Assembly (NCBI GenBank): GCA_045803545.1
Contig: JBJMOW010000004.1
Location: forward strand, 288,001-352,000
Length of the DNA: 64,000 nt
Reading direction: 5' to 3'
Source: Gemmatimonadaceae bacterium
GTDB taxonomy: Bacteria > Gemmatimonadota > Gemmatimonadetes > Gemmatimonadales > Gemmatimonadaceae
The notes under the pieces are model-generated. The model was given only the letters and a program-made list of their open reading frames with translations, did not search any database and was not told the origin of the DNA. Position numbers and translations under genes: made by a program. Shown piece after piece: positions 62,438 to 64,000 of this stretch (position 1 is the first letter of the stretch; each line of letters opens with the position of its first letter).

Positions 62438-63802
62438 CTACTTCCCCACACAAAACGAACTGAACACCCGGTCGAGAATATCCTCGACATCGACTGCGCC
62501 CACCAGTTCCTCGAGCATTGTGATCGCGGTACGCAGATGAACTGCCGCGATCGTCGCGGGAAACTTGTCGCCCGTCCAGATCCGATGAAATTCGGAGATC
62601 TCGGAGAGGGCCAGCTCGAGCGCATGCCGGTGGCGTGCCGTCGTCAGTAACGGGGTCCCAGCTGCTCGCGGTCCGCAGTGCTCATCTACCACCGACTCGA
62701 TCTGTGACAGCAGTCGTGGCAGCCCGAAACCGCTCTCGGCACTGACCGACAGTGTGCCGGACGTTTGGTTGCCATTTGATACTAAATCTGCCTTCATGAG
62801 CAGGGGAATGATCGTCGCCTGGGTACGCGGGCTAACCAGCGCGACCGTTGCATCCAGATCACTGGGAGTTTCCGCACAGGCCAACACCACCTCCGCAGCA
62901 CTTAGGTAACGCTCGCTCACTTCAATCCCGAGGCGCTCGATTCGATCCGTCGTATCACGCAGACCGGCGGTATCGACCAGGCGCAACGGCCACCTCCCGC
63001 CATCGATCACCGCTTCGAGCGCATCGCGTGTCGTTCCCGCAATCTCCGTCACAATTGCTCTCGACTTGCCAAGCAGCGCGTTGAACAGAGAAGACTTTCC
63101 GACATTCGGCGGTCCAGCAATGACGACGATCGCGCCTGCGCGAACGATTTCACCGGCTGGAACTGTCGCAAGCAGCCCACGGAGCGCTTCTAGAACTGTT
63201 TTTATCGCCCTCTCGATGCGATCGCGGGGAATCGGTCCATCGTCCTCCTCCGGAAAGTCGACATCGTAGGCAATCAGCGCCTCTAGATCGAGCAACTGAT
63301 TCCGGAGCGCGGTCAGACGTCGTGACAGCCCGCCATCAAGCTGTGCCAGGGCAGCGTCCTGCATTGCCCGCGAGTTGGCGTCGATCAAATCACCAATTGC
63401 TTCAGCCTGAAGCAGATCCAGCTTGCCGTTGAGGACCGCACGTCGTGTGAATTCGCCAGCTGTTGCCTGTCGAGCGCCCGAGCTCGTGAGCGTTGCTACG
63501 ACCGAAGTTGGGACTACGTAACCGCCGTGCGTCGAGATCTCGACAATATCCTCCCCGGTGTAGGAGTGGGGAGCTGGAAACGCCGTGATGAGCACTTCAT
63601 CGAGTCGCTTCTCACCATCGAAGAAGGCAGAGAGATGAGCGACACGCGGCTGCTGCTGCCAATTCCGGACATGCTTACTGGCAATCGAAAACGCGTTTGG
63701 TCCGCTCAGGCGGATTACAGCAATTGCTCCTCGACCGGGTGGGCTGGCGATCGCTACGATGGTATCGTCGACCAACAGCCCCCGATCATCCACCCGACTC
63801 AC
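62438..63802 (-). CDS. mnmE: tRNA modification GTPase MnmE
   Basis: [47 protein letters not shown]-terminal FCVGK. Confidence 0.96.
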   Translation of the reverse strand: MSRVDDRGLLVDDTIVAIASPPGRGAIAVIRLSGPNAFSIASKHVRNWQQQPRVAHLSAFFDGEKRLDEVLITAFPAPHSYTGEDIVEISTHGGYVVPTSVVATLTSSGARQATAGEFTRRAVLNGKLDLLQAEAIGDLIDANSRAMQDAALAQLDGGLSRRLTALRNQLLDLEALIAYDVDFPEEDDGPIPRDRIERAIKTVLEALRGLLATVPAGEIVRAGAIVVIAGPPNVGKSSLFNALLGKSRAIVTEIAGTTRDALEAVIDGGRWPLRLVDTAGLRDTTDRIERLGIEVSERYLSAAEVVLACAETPSDLDATVALVSPRTQATIIPLLMKADLVSNGNQTSGTLSVSAESGFGLPRLLSQIESVVDEHCGPRAAGTPLLTTARHRHALELALSEISEFHRIWTGDKFPATIAAVHLRTAITMLEELVGAVDVEDILDRVFSSFCVGK

Positions 63803-64000
63803 GCCGCCGTGGGAAGCACAAACGTCGTTCCAGGCTCCAGAATCTTCACCGCGGGGTGCAGGGGGTGATCCTGAAGTGTGGCACGCAGTCGATCGATCGC
63901 GTCAAAGGCTGTCGACGTGACGTGGTTGAACGTGCCCCAGTGATAAGGAATGAAGTACCTGGCTTTCAGCCGCTCGAACAACGTGAGTGCGTCGTTGCTC
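63799..64000 (-). CDS. MBL-fold hydrolase, 3' end (partial)
   Basis: FIPYHWGTF motif; the frame stays open to the window edge. Confidence 0.65.
   Translation of the reverse strand, partial: SNDALTLFERLKARYFIPYHWGTFNHVTSTAFDAIDRLRATLQDHPLHPAVKILEPGTTFVLPTAA

Overview
A gene-dense, GC-rich bacterial chromosomal segment. Gene content and several small lineage-type proteins suggest a Gemmatimonadota-like organism; this is inference, not a search result. It holds about 58 CDS and one tRNA-Phe(GAA). I found no rRNA, CRISPR array, integrase or IS element. Housekeeping genes (ettA, fabI, tkt, queF, ddl, cbs, mutS, holA, upp, mnmE) are mixed with stress and envelope genes: an osmoprotectant ABC transporter, an 8.3-kb cyclic beta-1,2-glucan synthase, mhqO/mhqD-like genes, yceI/HxlR, two ECF sigma/ZAS anti-sigma pairs, a VIT-vWA protein and two M16 peptidase heterodimers. 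Three genes missing from the ORF track were found by reading the sequence: a partial GntR, a 52-aa hydrophilic protein and a 58-aa DUF4177-like protein. The most interesting signals are regulatory. (i) Sigma54-type -24/-12 motifs recur upstream of general-stress genes, and one ECF sigma/anti-sigma operon has a full UAS + IHF + -24/-12 layout. (ii) A shared GTTAACCC-N14/15-CGTCTAA ECF-type promoter precedes that sigma gene and a His/Met-rich secreted protein. (iii) A secreted VIT-vWA protein heads an operon with an ECF sigma and a ZAS anti-sigma. (iv) An identical 18-bp motif lies upstream of both ettA and queF. (v) Several genes show a leaderless TANNNT-N6/7-start layout. All functional calls come from manual motif recognition; no database searches were run.
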